From: Daphnia carinata
Lineage: Eukaryota
Length of the DNA stretch: 64,000 bases
Assembly: GCF_022539665.2 (NCBI RefSeq)
Contig: NC_081331.1
Coordinates: 3,472,001 to 3,536,000 of the forward strand
Direction: 5' to 3'
Shown: in pieces, positions 1 to 12,829 of the stretch
Layout: every line of letters starts with the position of its first letter
How positions within the stretch are numbered: position 1 is the first letter of the stretch
Notes under the pieces: generated by a model
Seen by the model: only the letters and a program-made list of their open reading frames with translations
Database searches by the model: none
Told to the model about the DNA's origin: nothing
Made by a program: the position numbers and the translations under genes

Positions 1-63
1 ATAATTTGATCTAATAAACAATAATTAATAATTCAAAACAAATATAATAATGTTTATACTTAC

Positions 64-91
64 CATCCTTTTGTTGTATTATCTTATCCAT
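64..91 (-). CDS. Possible first coding exon (MDKIIQQKD) of a divergent gene running off the left edge
   Basis: ATG at 91-89, nine codons plus 1 nt, then consensus donor GTAAGT at 63-58; Inr-like TCAGT at ~140-136. Too short to identify. Confidence 0.3.
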
Positions 92-201
92 TTTTCAATT
101 GTTCCTCCAGCCACGCGTTATTCTCCATCCACGCTACTGAACTAACTGCGAATGGCATCCAATGGACTGAAATTGCCTACGCCAGTAATAATGGGTCTGA
201 G

Positions 202-847
202 CGGTAGATGGCTACGTGTCGGAAAAAAAGAAAAAAGTGCGATTTTTAATTTTTTTTCCGCCATTTTTTTTTTTTTTTTATGTAAAACGGATCGCCATAT
301 ACATAGCTGAAAAAAAGAAAAAAAAGGCTGAAATATTTTTTTTTTTTTTGGGTAAAACGGATTGCCATAGCAACGTGAAAGACTATTATTCTTTTCAAAA
401 ACATTACAATGGCAATCCGTTTTATCCCCCCCCCTCTCCCAAAAAAAAAATGTAAGCCCTACTCATAACTAAGCCCGACTTTCTGCTGCATCGCGCTAGC
501 GCTGTAGCATACTGGCGCGCTAGCATTGCGTCAAATATTTGGAATATTTCCAAAACGATTAACTTAACGAAAAAAATAGCAATTTTCCCTGAATCAGCAT
601 TCAATTTTGAGTATATCCTGTAATATATTCAACCAATTCCGATAAGTGTCAGTTTTCTGCCGAAAAAAATTTAAGCCCGACTAAATAAGTCCAATCGCCA
701 GTACGCTACAGCGCTAGCGCGATGCAGTAGAAATATTCTGTGAATGTATGTAGAGAATTAACTAGAAATCTGACCGGTAGATGGCGATAGCAGTAAAACA
801 TGAAAAAAAAACGATATTTTTATTTTTTGGTGAAAAGGATTGCCATA
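202..847. repeat. Dispersed short repeat family GTAAAACGGATTGCCATA plus CGGTAGATGGC
   Basis: Copies at 282-299, 352-369 and 830-847, inverted copy at 409-424; CGGTAGATGGC at 202-212 and 775-785; TAAGCCCGACT at 470-480 and 672-682. Confidence 0.75.
480..733. mobile_element. MITE-like element with 38-bp terminal inverted repeats
   Basis: 480-517 TTTCTGCTGCATCGCGCTAGCGCTGTAGCATACTGGCG is the reverse complement of 696-733 with 2 mismatches; AT-rich interior with no recognisable coding signature; no clear target-site duplication. Confidence 0.5.
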
Positions 848-907
848 CATTACTACACTTTTGTACGTGAGTCATTTTTTGGGAGCAGATGACAAACAAG
901 CACGAAG

Positions 908-2288
908 ATGGTCGACAAATTAGGTTATTTGACGAAAATCTAATTCAGTATTATTCATTAATATCACAACGTGTTTAGTGTAGTTTCGTTGATTAGTAGT
1001 TTTGAGCACGGCTAGTCTAATGAAAACATATCTAATATGGATGACCACAAAACATGATACTCATCATAGGTTTTTCTGTTTCTTTTCAGTGAACAGTGAA
1101 GCAAATGCTCGGCGAATTGCAATGGTTGAGGGATGCTTTGGCAGTTCCGGTCAGGTATGTAAACATTACCTATTTGTTATGGCAAAGTAACATTATATTT
1201 ACCAAATATGTAGCCTCTTGGAATACCTGGCCGAGTATTAGTAGGTGAAGGTGTTTTAACCAAAATGTGCCGGAAAAAGCCAAAAGCAAGACAATTTTTC
1301 CTATTCAATGATACATTGGTTTATGGAAATATCGTAATCAGCAAAAAAAAGGTAAATTATTGTTCATCTAGTAAGTTAAGTTATGATTATGATTTGTTGC
1401 TGTTTCAGTACAATAAGCAGCACATAATACCGTTAGAGGAGATAAAACTTCAGCCCCTTGAGGATGATGGGTGTAAGTTGATCAGAAATGTAAAATAAAC
1501 TTTCCCTGTATCTGACAAGTATTGGTTCTTATGGTCTTAGCTTACAGGAATGGTTGGTTGATTTGCACTGCATCCAAATCCTTTGCTGTTTACGCCGCAA
1601 CGGCAACTGAAAAAGCTGAATGGATTGCTCATATAAACAAATGTGTTGAAGATCTTTTACGCAAAAGTTAGCTTCGATTGAAAAGTCATCATAATTCGTT
1701 GACTAATTGCAGAATCTTCAGGTGGGAAAAAACCGCTGGGTGAACATGCGGCTGTGTGGGTACCAGACGCTGAAGCCAATGTTTGTATGCACTGCAACAA
1801 GTCACAATTCAACGTCTTGAATAGAAGAGTATAGACAACTTTTGAAGTATTTGTTTCAGTTGAGCGTATGTTTTAATCAATAATTGCACTTTAAAGCACC
1901 ATTGTCGAAAATGTGGCGCAGTTGTTTGCGGCCCATGCTCCAACAAGAAGTTTTTATTGCCAGTTCAGTCAGCGAAGCCTTTGAGAGTCTGTCTAACTTG
2001 TCACGATATTTTAACCAAATCCAAGAACATAGGAGGACCAAACGTGTCTCTGAGTAATTTCAAATAAGCTTTATACCTTTTCTCACCGTATTTAACATTG
2101 ATGTTTTTTTTTTCAAACAAGACGGCGACCTTAGCATGGATTCTTCTGGTGAGGACGACGAAGATGAAGACGATGACCCAGAAAATCTTTCTTCATCGAA
2201 TGAAGTAAGACTAAGTTGTTAATTAAAGTAAATAAATGGTAGAACTTTTTCTCTTCAGGCAAAATTCTACGGCGAAATTCAAAAGTGA
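908..2288 (+). CDS. PLEKHF2: Pleckstrin homology and FYVE domain protein (Phafin2 / rush hour), 9 coding exons
   Basis: Exons 908-923, 1090-1154, 1214-1351, 1409-1472, 1541-1666, 1722-1828, 1897-2053, 2122-2204, 2259-2288, all GT-AG and in phase. Protein MVDKLVNSEANARRIAMVEGCFG...LTKMCRKKPKARQFFLFND (PH), HAAVWVPD...RRHHCRKCG...LRVC (FYVE), acidic tail DSSGEDDEDEDD. Confidence 0.96.
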
Positions 2289-3182
2289 TTTCACGGGTTA
2301 GTTGGCGATGCCGATTCCGAGCCGAAGTCTGCCTTTCTAAAAGTGAATCTTCCCTTGTTTTAGTCATCTGCGAGTCCTTCTGAGTCCTGCCTTTACCGGC
2401 AGAAATTATGGAAATGTATCCTCACTTTAGGTTAGACTTCAAAAATCATAGTTTCACGTTTTTAAATGATCACACTTCTAAGTGTATTCTCATTCATGCG
2501 TTCATCCATCAGCCGCTTTAAATTCTTCCTTTTTTTTTCTTGTTTTGAAACATGTTCTTTATTAAACTTCATGATTACTATGGTGTGCCTTAATCATATG
2601 TACTCTTTTGCTCGTTTGTTTGGAGTATCCGTTCCAATTTGTCGTCATATTCCCTTTCTTGATTGTACTCATCATGTTTGACAAATATATTAAGAGTCTG
2701 TGCATACCCAACTATTTCAAACACGTCTTAGTTTGTTGTATTCTCCTATTTTCATATTTTCAAAATTGTTACTGGGCACAGTGAGCCGTTTCATTTTAAA
2801 AGAAATTATCACGTTCGTAAGCCGCGAAATGAGCAGGAAACCTTGGTTTCATTTTAACGTGCAATGCGATAGAGGTAAGAAGGGGTTTCTTTAAGTTTCT
2901 TTTGTTACACAGATTTTGAAGTGCAAATAATAAGCCAACAAAATTTGTTCGTCGTTGCTTCTTGTTTCACACGAAAACGGAGCATTAATGTAATAATTCT
3001 GTTCCTCTAGTTCTGCCCTTTTCGTTCTAAGCTCGTTGCCTACTCGCGTACGTTTACTTTACACCATTTCCATGGTGACAGTTGATTGACGCTTATACTA
3101 TTAATCGTCGCAAGTTCGTATCTACTTTGTTTGTTGTAGTCCCATTGTTCTATGCTCTACTTAGTTAAATTTTTTTTATTAG

Positions 3183-4269
3183 TGTCTGCCAACGCGTTTA
3201 AACGGTTGATGGAAGCTTCCAAGAAAATAGGTGACAATAGTCCATCACCAAAGAGAATAAAGAACAATTGGGCTAAAGAAGGCAGCAGCAAAGATATAAC
3301 TAAAAAACACTACTGGAAAAGTGGGCTCAGTCAAGCTATTATGGATGTGGAAAATATTGTTGCATCATCAGATACTGTAGTTATCATCAAGGATAAATAT
3401 CCAAAAGTTAATATTATTTTGTAACTTAACTTTGTTCGTCCTTCTTGGACAATGGCAGAATACCAAAATAATACCCTGACTTTAAATGTTAAGAATGTGA
3501 TTTGTTCTCTAGGCTAAATTTCACTATCTAGTGATACCCAAAGTGGAGCAGTTGAATTCTGCAAGAGAACTGACGAGATCACATATCAACCTCTTGAAAG
3601 AAATGCAAGAGAAAGCCAAAGGTTTGGTTAAAGATCGTCATCCAGAAACAAAGTTCAAGTAAGCACCCCCAATAATTAAGTATTATCTTGCTATGTACTT
3701 ACTTTGTTTTTGTGTGTTACACAGAATTGGGTTTCACGCTAAACCAAGTATGGATCACTTGCATCTTCATGTTGTCAGTACAGATTTTGTGTCAACATGT
3801 CTGAAGACCAAAAAGCACTGGAATTCCTTCAATACTGAACACTTCTTGGACCTACCAGGTAAACTCATCCAGCTATAGCTTAGGTTTTCACCAAACACAG
3901 GCATCACTGTTTTATCTTCAAGCTTCACTGAGCAGTGCAATTGTAGTACAACTCATTCGTCAGCTAGATTTCCCTACTGAAAAAAATAAGAAATCAAATA
4001 AGAAAAATAAAAACAAAATTAATAAATAAATCATAATAATACTAATTACTTTATAGTCTGTAATGCATTTCTTTTTTCCTACAATCTTAGAGCTTATCAG
4101 CAAGTTGGAAGAAAATGGCAATCTTGTTTGCTACTATCCGACTGATAAAGATATTGAATTATACCTGAAGAAGGCGCTCAAATGTAACCAATGTTCCTTG
4201 GAAGCAAAGACGATGCCAAACCTCAAGCAACACTTGAATGCGCACGCTCAATCGAGCTCCAAAATGTAG
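3183..4269 (+). CDS. APTX: Aprataxin (HIT domain + C2H2 zinc finger; no FHA domain seen)
   Basis: Exons 3183-3406, 3513-3658, 3725-3858, 4091-4269. [33 protein letters not shown] (histidine triad), [14 protein letters not shown]...LKQHLNAH. Start codon uncertain (see findings). Confidence 0.93.
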
Positions 4270-4490
4270 AAGAAAAAGAAACATCACATTTCTCCTAGAA
4301 ACTTTCGGCATTCGTACCAATGTGAAAGGGGGAAAGATACTTGCATATTTTCTTTATTTCCATTTGTAAATTTGTAAAAACACAAAAAAGCACATAAAAA
4401 AAAACTGGTCATGTTATTATATGTTTTAGTGACATTAAGCACGTTACGGAAAATAGAAATGTATGATTGATTAATAACGCATATACGGCA

Positions 4491-5990
4491 TTATTCTTTT
4501 TTGTTGCGTACCTTCTTACTAATGAAATCTGCGTCTAGGATTCGAAAGAATAGAACAATACTCATTAGCACTATGACAGCCAAACCTAGATTTTAAATAC
4601 AGCAAATAAATAATGCAAAGTTGATTACGAAATGATTCCTTAATTTAAGTGTAAATTGCCATTGTGAACTTACCAATACTGCCTGTTGTATAAGCAAGAA
4701 AAGGTACTTGGTCCCTATGAATTACTAACCAACGGGTCATCCAACCAAGCGTGAGTATGCGAAATATCAAAAATGTCCCTAACAACAGACATTACGGATG
4801 CAATGAATTCAAATTCTTTTAGTAATTAAAAATGCTACTACCGATATTTAACAAGCTGTTGAGACGGTAACCGGAATGTTGTCGCGGCGCTCCCTTAATA
4901 ATCATAAGTTGTCGTGTGTGAAGGAATATCGAATTGACCTCGACTAATAATGCGACCACAGCATATCCGATGTATTGTTGTGTAAGCACCGACAGTCCAA
5001 AGCAGATAATAACCTATAAAATTTTAAATAGCAAAAAAGTCTACGCGGAATTTAGTTTATTTTTTTTCTTAACTTACGAAGAAATGGTGAATCATTAACT
5101 CGTATGAGCTGCGCTTCCTGTGATTCAGCAACATGTCAATGAAGTCGTAAATAAAATATCCTGCAAAAGAAAATATTGTTAGACTGAAACCAAAGTCATG
5201 GTAACCTCGAGCTGCGATAAGGTTATTGGACGCAGAAGGATCTGTCACACAAGGCTAAGACCTTTATCTGTTCTTTAATAAGAAAATAACGGGAAAAATA
5301 ATAAGTACATAGACTATCCATAGTTAAGCACGTCCAGATAACCCACTCAAACGGCGTTAGAAAAGTAATTTGAATTTCAAAAAATAATGTTCGCATTCAT
5401 AAAGTATCATCGAATTAATGTAATGATCGATTATGTTATCGAAAAATGTGATATTAGAATTATGGCTTTGCGAATGTTATTATTTTTTTTGCATTAAAAT
5501 TTTAATTGAGGACTGTTGACTAATATTACACTTTATACATGTCTAACGGAAGCGAAATTTCGTAGAATCGGTTCTTTTTACTAATAAAAACATGGATGAC
5601 GCGCATGTTATGTAACTTACCGATAGAGACGGAAACTAAAAGAAGCGACGAAGTGGAGTGAGTTCCAATCAAATCCTCTGCCATTTTCGGATGCCAATAG
5701 AAACTAAACAACATCATCTTTTAGGTGAAGTCAGCTAGTTCATCATTTGACGTCACAACATTTACAGACAGGTGTTTCGCGTACCTAAGTATCGCCCATG
5801 TGCCAGTCAGTATGGAATGAACCAGTGAATTGCAAATGTTCCTCCATTTCCATGTCGTTTGTGTTCCTGATTTCAGAACGGAACTTGGTGTGAGTGGCCT
5901 GAGTAAAAAGTGGATCACTGCGAACGCTACGAAACTCAATCCAGATGCAACAGGACCGAAAATTTCACTGTTGTTTGCTATGTCTGCCAT
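4491..5990 (-). CDS. TLC (TRAM/LAG1/CLN8) domain membrane protein, TLCD1/TLCD2-like, 6 exons
   Basis: Exons 5990-5785, 5703-5621, 5160-5078, 5013-4842, 4778-4674, 4585-4491. Motifs WKWRNICNSLVHS, GYFIYDFIDM, ELMIHH, LLVEVNSIFLHTRQL, TFLIFRI; several hydrophobic segments. Confidence 0.9.
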
Positions 5991-7025
5991 TCCACTGAAT
6001 ATGTAAGGCGTTACGTAACTTTACAAAATAAACCGTTTTCCGAATATGCCAGTTAACAATACTCGAACATCGAGAACGAACTAACGTCGTCTTAACACAA
6101 AACTGTTCAGAATATTTACTCCACCTTCTTGGCGTTATCTTGTGGGCGCACGTCAGTTGACGCGCCTAGAAATTTTGCAGCAGACAGCATGTTTGACCAG
6201 TTTTGGGGTTTTGGGGGGGAATTGGGACATTGTCTCTGGATGGGGAACCTTACCTACTAACGCCATCTATGCTCTCGATAAATGGCGGTGGTAATCCCGA
6301 TATCTCTCCGCCGGCGACAAAGCAAAGTTTCGCACAAATTATTCGCCACACTTCACACCTGGCCGTTTCAACAATTCGATTCTCTTTTATTTCATAATGT
6401 CTTCTAGTATCCTCCGTTTTTGCCAACGCCATCTGATGATCACCTTATTCACCACAACCGATCTCTCGGGAAGATAACCACACAAGTGACGATTCACGGC
6501 TAGGATGGAATGACCGTGAAAACAAAAAAATTATTCAGCACAAGGTTGAAATTCGCTGGCAATGCCCTACTCCTGCCCGTAGTCCTAGTGCAGTAAGTAG
6601 GTCAAGGGCTCTTTTATCTATGTGTTATGTTATTGGAGTCAGTCAATGGCTGCGGCCAGGGCCATATCAGGGACACCCGCTTTCAAGGCTAAAGAACGAA
6701 TCTCATGAAACAAGAATGAAGGCAGCCAATGTTGACGAAAAACATCTTCCTATAAACATATTAAACAAATCGAGACTAAGTACGTAAAATGATGCGATTC
6801 CAACTGTTTCGCTTTTAAAGCCATAGATTTGCCTTCCAAATAAACGATGGATATTATGCACATGTTTTTTTATGGCAAATAAAACGTACGGTGAGTATTG
6901 CTATACGTACGCCTTGAATTTAAAAAACTGATTCACATGACACGCAATATACGGATAATTTTTTTTATATCTAACGCATCAAATCAAAATGATTGTTTAA
7001 AACTTTACGAATTGAAACCCTAGGC

Positions 7026-8065
7026 TCAGGTTAGAATTGTATCATCAAGAGAAAGATTTTCGCTTTGGTAGCAGCCCTTCAGTTTTCGAATCAAATCAGC
7101 CCATAGCAGCTCACTTAAACAACTTGGGCAAGATCCTTCTAACGGTAGGATGTGATCAGGTTCAGTAATCAAAAAACGGGAAGACAAACACAAGATGTGG
7201 GCTTTCAGTTTGCAATCTGTGTTGAGACAGCTCAAAACCTCACCATTCTCTATCGTTTGGTGGCATAAATCGCACCTAGGGAAGGATGTTGAAGAACACA
7301 ATGAGGTTTTTTCCTTTGACGGTGATGACACTTTCTTTGAAATCACACGGCCTTCTTCAATAGGCATATGAGGTGGAGGCTGCAAGCTGACTTCAAACTC
7401 GACGCGATATTTTGGCACGAGCCACTGAATAGTCAAAGCAAGTCGGTTCCATGGACCCACGCGCAACATATGGGACAAAACTCTCATTTTAAACTGAAAA
7501 CCACTCTCTTTGGACTTTTTTCTTTCCACCAATTTCCTCAGTCTACGGGACTTCTCTGGATGCTGCCAAGCCCATTCAAACTAAAATAAACAAGAAAAAA
7601 CATATAGTTAGATAGAATTGGTCATTTCATTCAAAGTTACTCACTCGAAGTCCAGAGATGTCATTTGGAAAGCCATGAATAATCAAACACATTTCCCTGG
7701 AAAAAGTATCGAATATAAGATATGAGAAAAGTTATTACATAGTATTTGTTCTTTTACATCATTTCTTCATTCTTTTGTCATCTCTGTGTGCCATGTTACA
7801 CTGAAAAACAAACTGCATATCATGGCTATTCAAGCTAAAATATAATAATTAAGTATTTTCTTTAGTACTTCGAAGACTTGGCATACCATGGGCCTTTATT
7901 GGATGTTCTGTATGCGCCACCTGAGCTCACTCCTTTATTGTGTTGCTGTATTCTTCGGTTGGGATTTACGGTATACCCAATGTATGTTCTTCCAACGTAT
8001 TTGGGATTTTCACAGTACAGTAAATATACACCGTAGAAGTTTTCAATGACAGTGCCGGTGCCCAT
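7026..8065 (-). CDS. SLX1: Structure-specific endonuclease subunit SLX1 (GIY-YIG + C-terminal Cys/His zinc domain), 3 exons
   Basis: Exons 8065-7887, 7696-7645, 7580-7026. FYGVYLL...[44 protein letters not shown]...C...C...HILC...CPSC. Confidence 0.95.
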
Positions 8066-9229
8066 GATGTTACGGATTCTAGAGGCAATCAGTTACTGGT
8101 TTGCTTTATTATTAATTCAGAATCCGCAGCAAACTCGCTGTGAGGAGGATTGACACAAGTCACCTTTGAAACTACGACCGAAACGTCTCCAAGAAATGAA
8201 GCACGGTTTCCGCGGCAAGTAACATCGTCTGCTCTTTGTATTTGGTAACGACCATAGAAATAGAGGAGGGTCGTCGTCTCAGGAGTATTGACTGTAGTAT
8301 ATATTGAATTGTAGCTGAGATTTTTAAATAATCTGAGGAACAGAATCAACCAACGAGTTGGTCAATTTTTAGTACTTCGATTCACTCCTTCCTGTTGTCA
8401 TACCAGAACGTATGGCACAGTATGAAGGCCTAGACATTGTTGGAGGCGAATACTAGGAAATTGTTAAATTGCGCTTGAAATTTGTTTACATGAACTGGGA
8501 ATAAAACCACGTTTGTATGTGATCAGTTTCTCACGATCGTTGTAACTGGTGAAGTGTAATCAACGCTTTGGCAAATGATTGCAGTCACAAACGATTGGGA
8601 TATGGAAGGGAGAGAAGGGTACAGTGTAAGGTGGGCCATGAAGACAGACGTAGACAAAAGGGAGTAAGAGAGCAAGAGAAAAAAAAACAAAATCACCAAC
8701 CAGATAACATGAAACTAAACTGGACCTTGATGGGAGTCAAAATATGATAAACGATCTTCTGTACCACTAGAAAGCATGAAAAAAAAACGGCCAAGAAAAG
8801 CCGTGAGAAGAATGAAGTGAATTGGGTAGGTATACACGCGTTCAGGAAATCTTGCAGGCAAGGAGTTTAGATTATAAATGATGCAGAAAAAAAGAAAATC
8901 ATGATGGGGAACACAGATGTGTACGAAGACTCGAGTCAGACGCAAATCCCTCACGAGCGGAAACCCAACCATTTAGCCAAATGACGACCGAGAAAGAAAA
9001 AAAAATCAGGAGAAAAGGAGGTGCATGATGTAGAGGTGGAGGAAGGAAGGGGATAATTAGGTCAGTTAAGATTGATAACAAGCAGATAGGGAAAAACATC
9101 ATGTTCCTCCAACTGACGATGGCGTTGCAAAATGTTTTTTCATTCGTCTGCAGTCGGTAGTTCAATTTAGTTTCCGTTCTTTTTTTTAAATCTTCCGTCA
9201 TCTTATCGGGCCCTCCATTTGCTTTGTCT

Positions 9230-10572
<1,343 letters not shown>

Positions 10573-12319
10573 CTCTCACGGTATGGTTAGGCTTTGTTTG
10601 ATTTTGTTAGACTCTCTCACTCTCTCTCTCTCACGCCCAAAAGCCTGGCCGTCGCAGGCGGGAGATGGCCAACAACAAAAAAAAGGCAAACAAAAAATAA
10701 AATAAAAGCGCCTGCCACAAGCCTGGGCTTGGAGAGTTCTCTTAGCCCCCCGTCACGGATGCACCTGTTCTCCAACAAGAGCCAAACACAAATCTGTGAA
10801 ACAATCGTCAATGCTGATGACAGTTGGTGTGATTTGATGTGATAAGTTTTAAGAGACTAACAATGATGCCCTCTTGCAGGGCACATACGTTTAAAAAAGG
10901 TATGCAACTACAGCCTTCTTAACCATTACAAAACAAAAAACATTGTACAATACAACGGTTGAATTGAAACTAATGGTGACAGTTTACGAAATCTATGTAG
11001 TTCAAAAACACTGCCATGTGTTAATGCAAATGGATACAAGTAGAAGGAAACAGTTTCTTATCAACTCTGTTTTGAGCCCATATTTAAGCTTAGCTCAGTG
11101 GAATGGTAATGTAGATTTGCCACTAAATAAAATAGCTACCTATAATATAAATCTTAGTGAAACACTATCTGGAGGACGGGCAAGGTCGTTGATGGCCAAC
11201 GCACATGTGAAGGGTCGACAGCATTAGCCTTCCTTGTTTTGCTTCGTACCTCAATCTTTAAATGTAATGGAATGCAACACAAGAGTCTAGTTATGGCAGT
11301 GACTCTATCACGTTATACACTTAATCCGGTAATGATAAAATACCTCGTAAATTACCGTTGATTCGAAAGAAAGTTTAGTGAAAAGACGACACCGGGTTTT
11401 CTTTTCTTGCTCTCAGGTCTAGGGAAAAATTGCCGATGAGTCGATAGGGGGCTAGCTACAGCCTTGCCAGATTCTTGTTTCTTAAAAATCTGAAAATAAT
11501 GTCGTATCGTATAATTAGTATTTGTTATTTTTACTAAATAAAAATACATATTAGGAAAAAATGCTTATAAAATATAAACCAAATTAAATTTATAAAAGTT
11601 TAATATTTATTAAAATTGGTATGACAATTCAAGACTGATTCGGATTGGCTCTGGTTACTACTGACGGAGTTACGAATTACGTCAACCTAGGGTTCCTATT
11701 GGAACTGTCTACCCAAAAATATTCGAAGATCCCCGAGAATTTATATACTCGAATTAAACATAAGCCTTGTTAATACGTTCTGTGAAATTTGTTGTGTCTA
11801 CAAAATTTATTTTCCGTTATCTGAAAGAAATTATCAAACTATAGCCGAAAAAAACAGACGCCATTACCCACAGTTTTAGAATGAAATTGGCGATCTTACT
11901 GCCCTCTGAGAGATGACTGACGCGGCTCATGTAAATATGCAGAACTAACATTTTTTAATAATTTCTTGATTCTCGAAGAAATAAGAAAACTCAACACAAT
12001 AAATTAGATAATTAACCTGGGTAAGGTGCAGTTCATATTCATATATTTTAATGGCAGATCGTTGATGTTAAAAAATCCCTCTTTCTTTAAGATGGCCAAG
12101 TTTGGCTTATGAAGTAGACTCGGTGAGACTCGGTGAGGTGAAATGCAGATAGACATTGGGTTGCAAATTAAGTTTAACATTATTCCTCTGGATTCTGTTA
12201 TGATTAAATTATCAGCTATGGCAGAGAAGGAAAGGGGTACGCCACAACTGAACACTTGGTGGCAGGCTGATGCGAAGATTCCTCAAAACTATGCATACTA
12301 CATAGCCTATGCTTCAAAA

Positions 12320-12333
12320 GCTGCCATCTAGTG
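12320..12333 (-). promoter_or_regulatory. CTCF-like core motif CACTAGATGGCAGC
   Basis: Close match to the CTCF consensus CCACYAGRKGGCRC; binding not demonstrable from sequence. Confidence 0.4.
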
Positions 12334-12381
12334 TATAGTTTAGAATACTCTTTGGTTTTGCTGAAAACCCAAAAATGCTTT

Positions 12382-12829
12382 TAAGCTTTGCACCCAACCA
12401 AATTTGCCACTTTGATCATATCTAACCAGTTCACACAAAGTTAACTCAGCGCTGACGCATTATATTCCATCTCTATATTGTTCCGAAAGTGCCAACAATT
12501 TTTTTGCAATCAGCTAAAACCTAGCTCTCGTTCTATTGCCTTCATTAAGCAATCTCCCGAAACCAATTCCAGATGCACAACTGAATTCGTTCAGAATGCT
12601 TCAGCCAGCACATGGTATTCATTTGAGTGTTGATAGTTTACATACTGAAGAAATGCCCTAACTTTAATATGTAACTATTTTAATTTCTAAGAAAATTTGT
12701 TCAATTCGGTTCAGGGTTTTCCATCTGATATTAACAGTAACCATTGTCGATAATCAAAATTATTTAAAACATACCTTAGGAGGAAGATGCATTAAGAAAT
12801 AGGGAGCGGAGTCACGGAGAAAGCTTTTT
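12382..12829 (-). pseudogene. Degraded BTB/POZ-domain gene fragment
   Basis: Exon-like 12829-12775 gives KSFLRDSAPYFLMHL; 50-nt GT-AG intron 12774-12725; then LEIKIVTY, frameshift, KVRAFLQYV...VNWLDMIKVANLVGCKA with several in-frame stops. Resembles BTB consensus HKxxLxxxSPYF and EIxDxxYxxFRAFLQYxY by eye only. Confidence 0.45.

Noticed and set aside
202..847. CRISPR-like array
   Set aside because: Eukaryotic context, irregular spacing, mixed orientation and no cas genes.
3183..8065. Functional DNA-repair cluster (APTX near SLX1)
   Set aside because: Two repair genes separated by an unrelated gene is expected by chance in a compact genome.
8066..9229. Sxl-SLX1 read-through transcript (no canonical AATAAA until 8110-8105)
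   Set aside because: Variant signals AATATA (~8300) and AATACA (~8240) are present and commonly used in arthropods.
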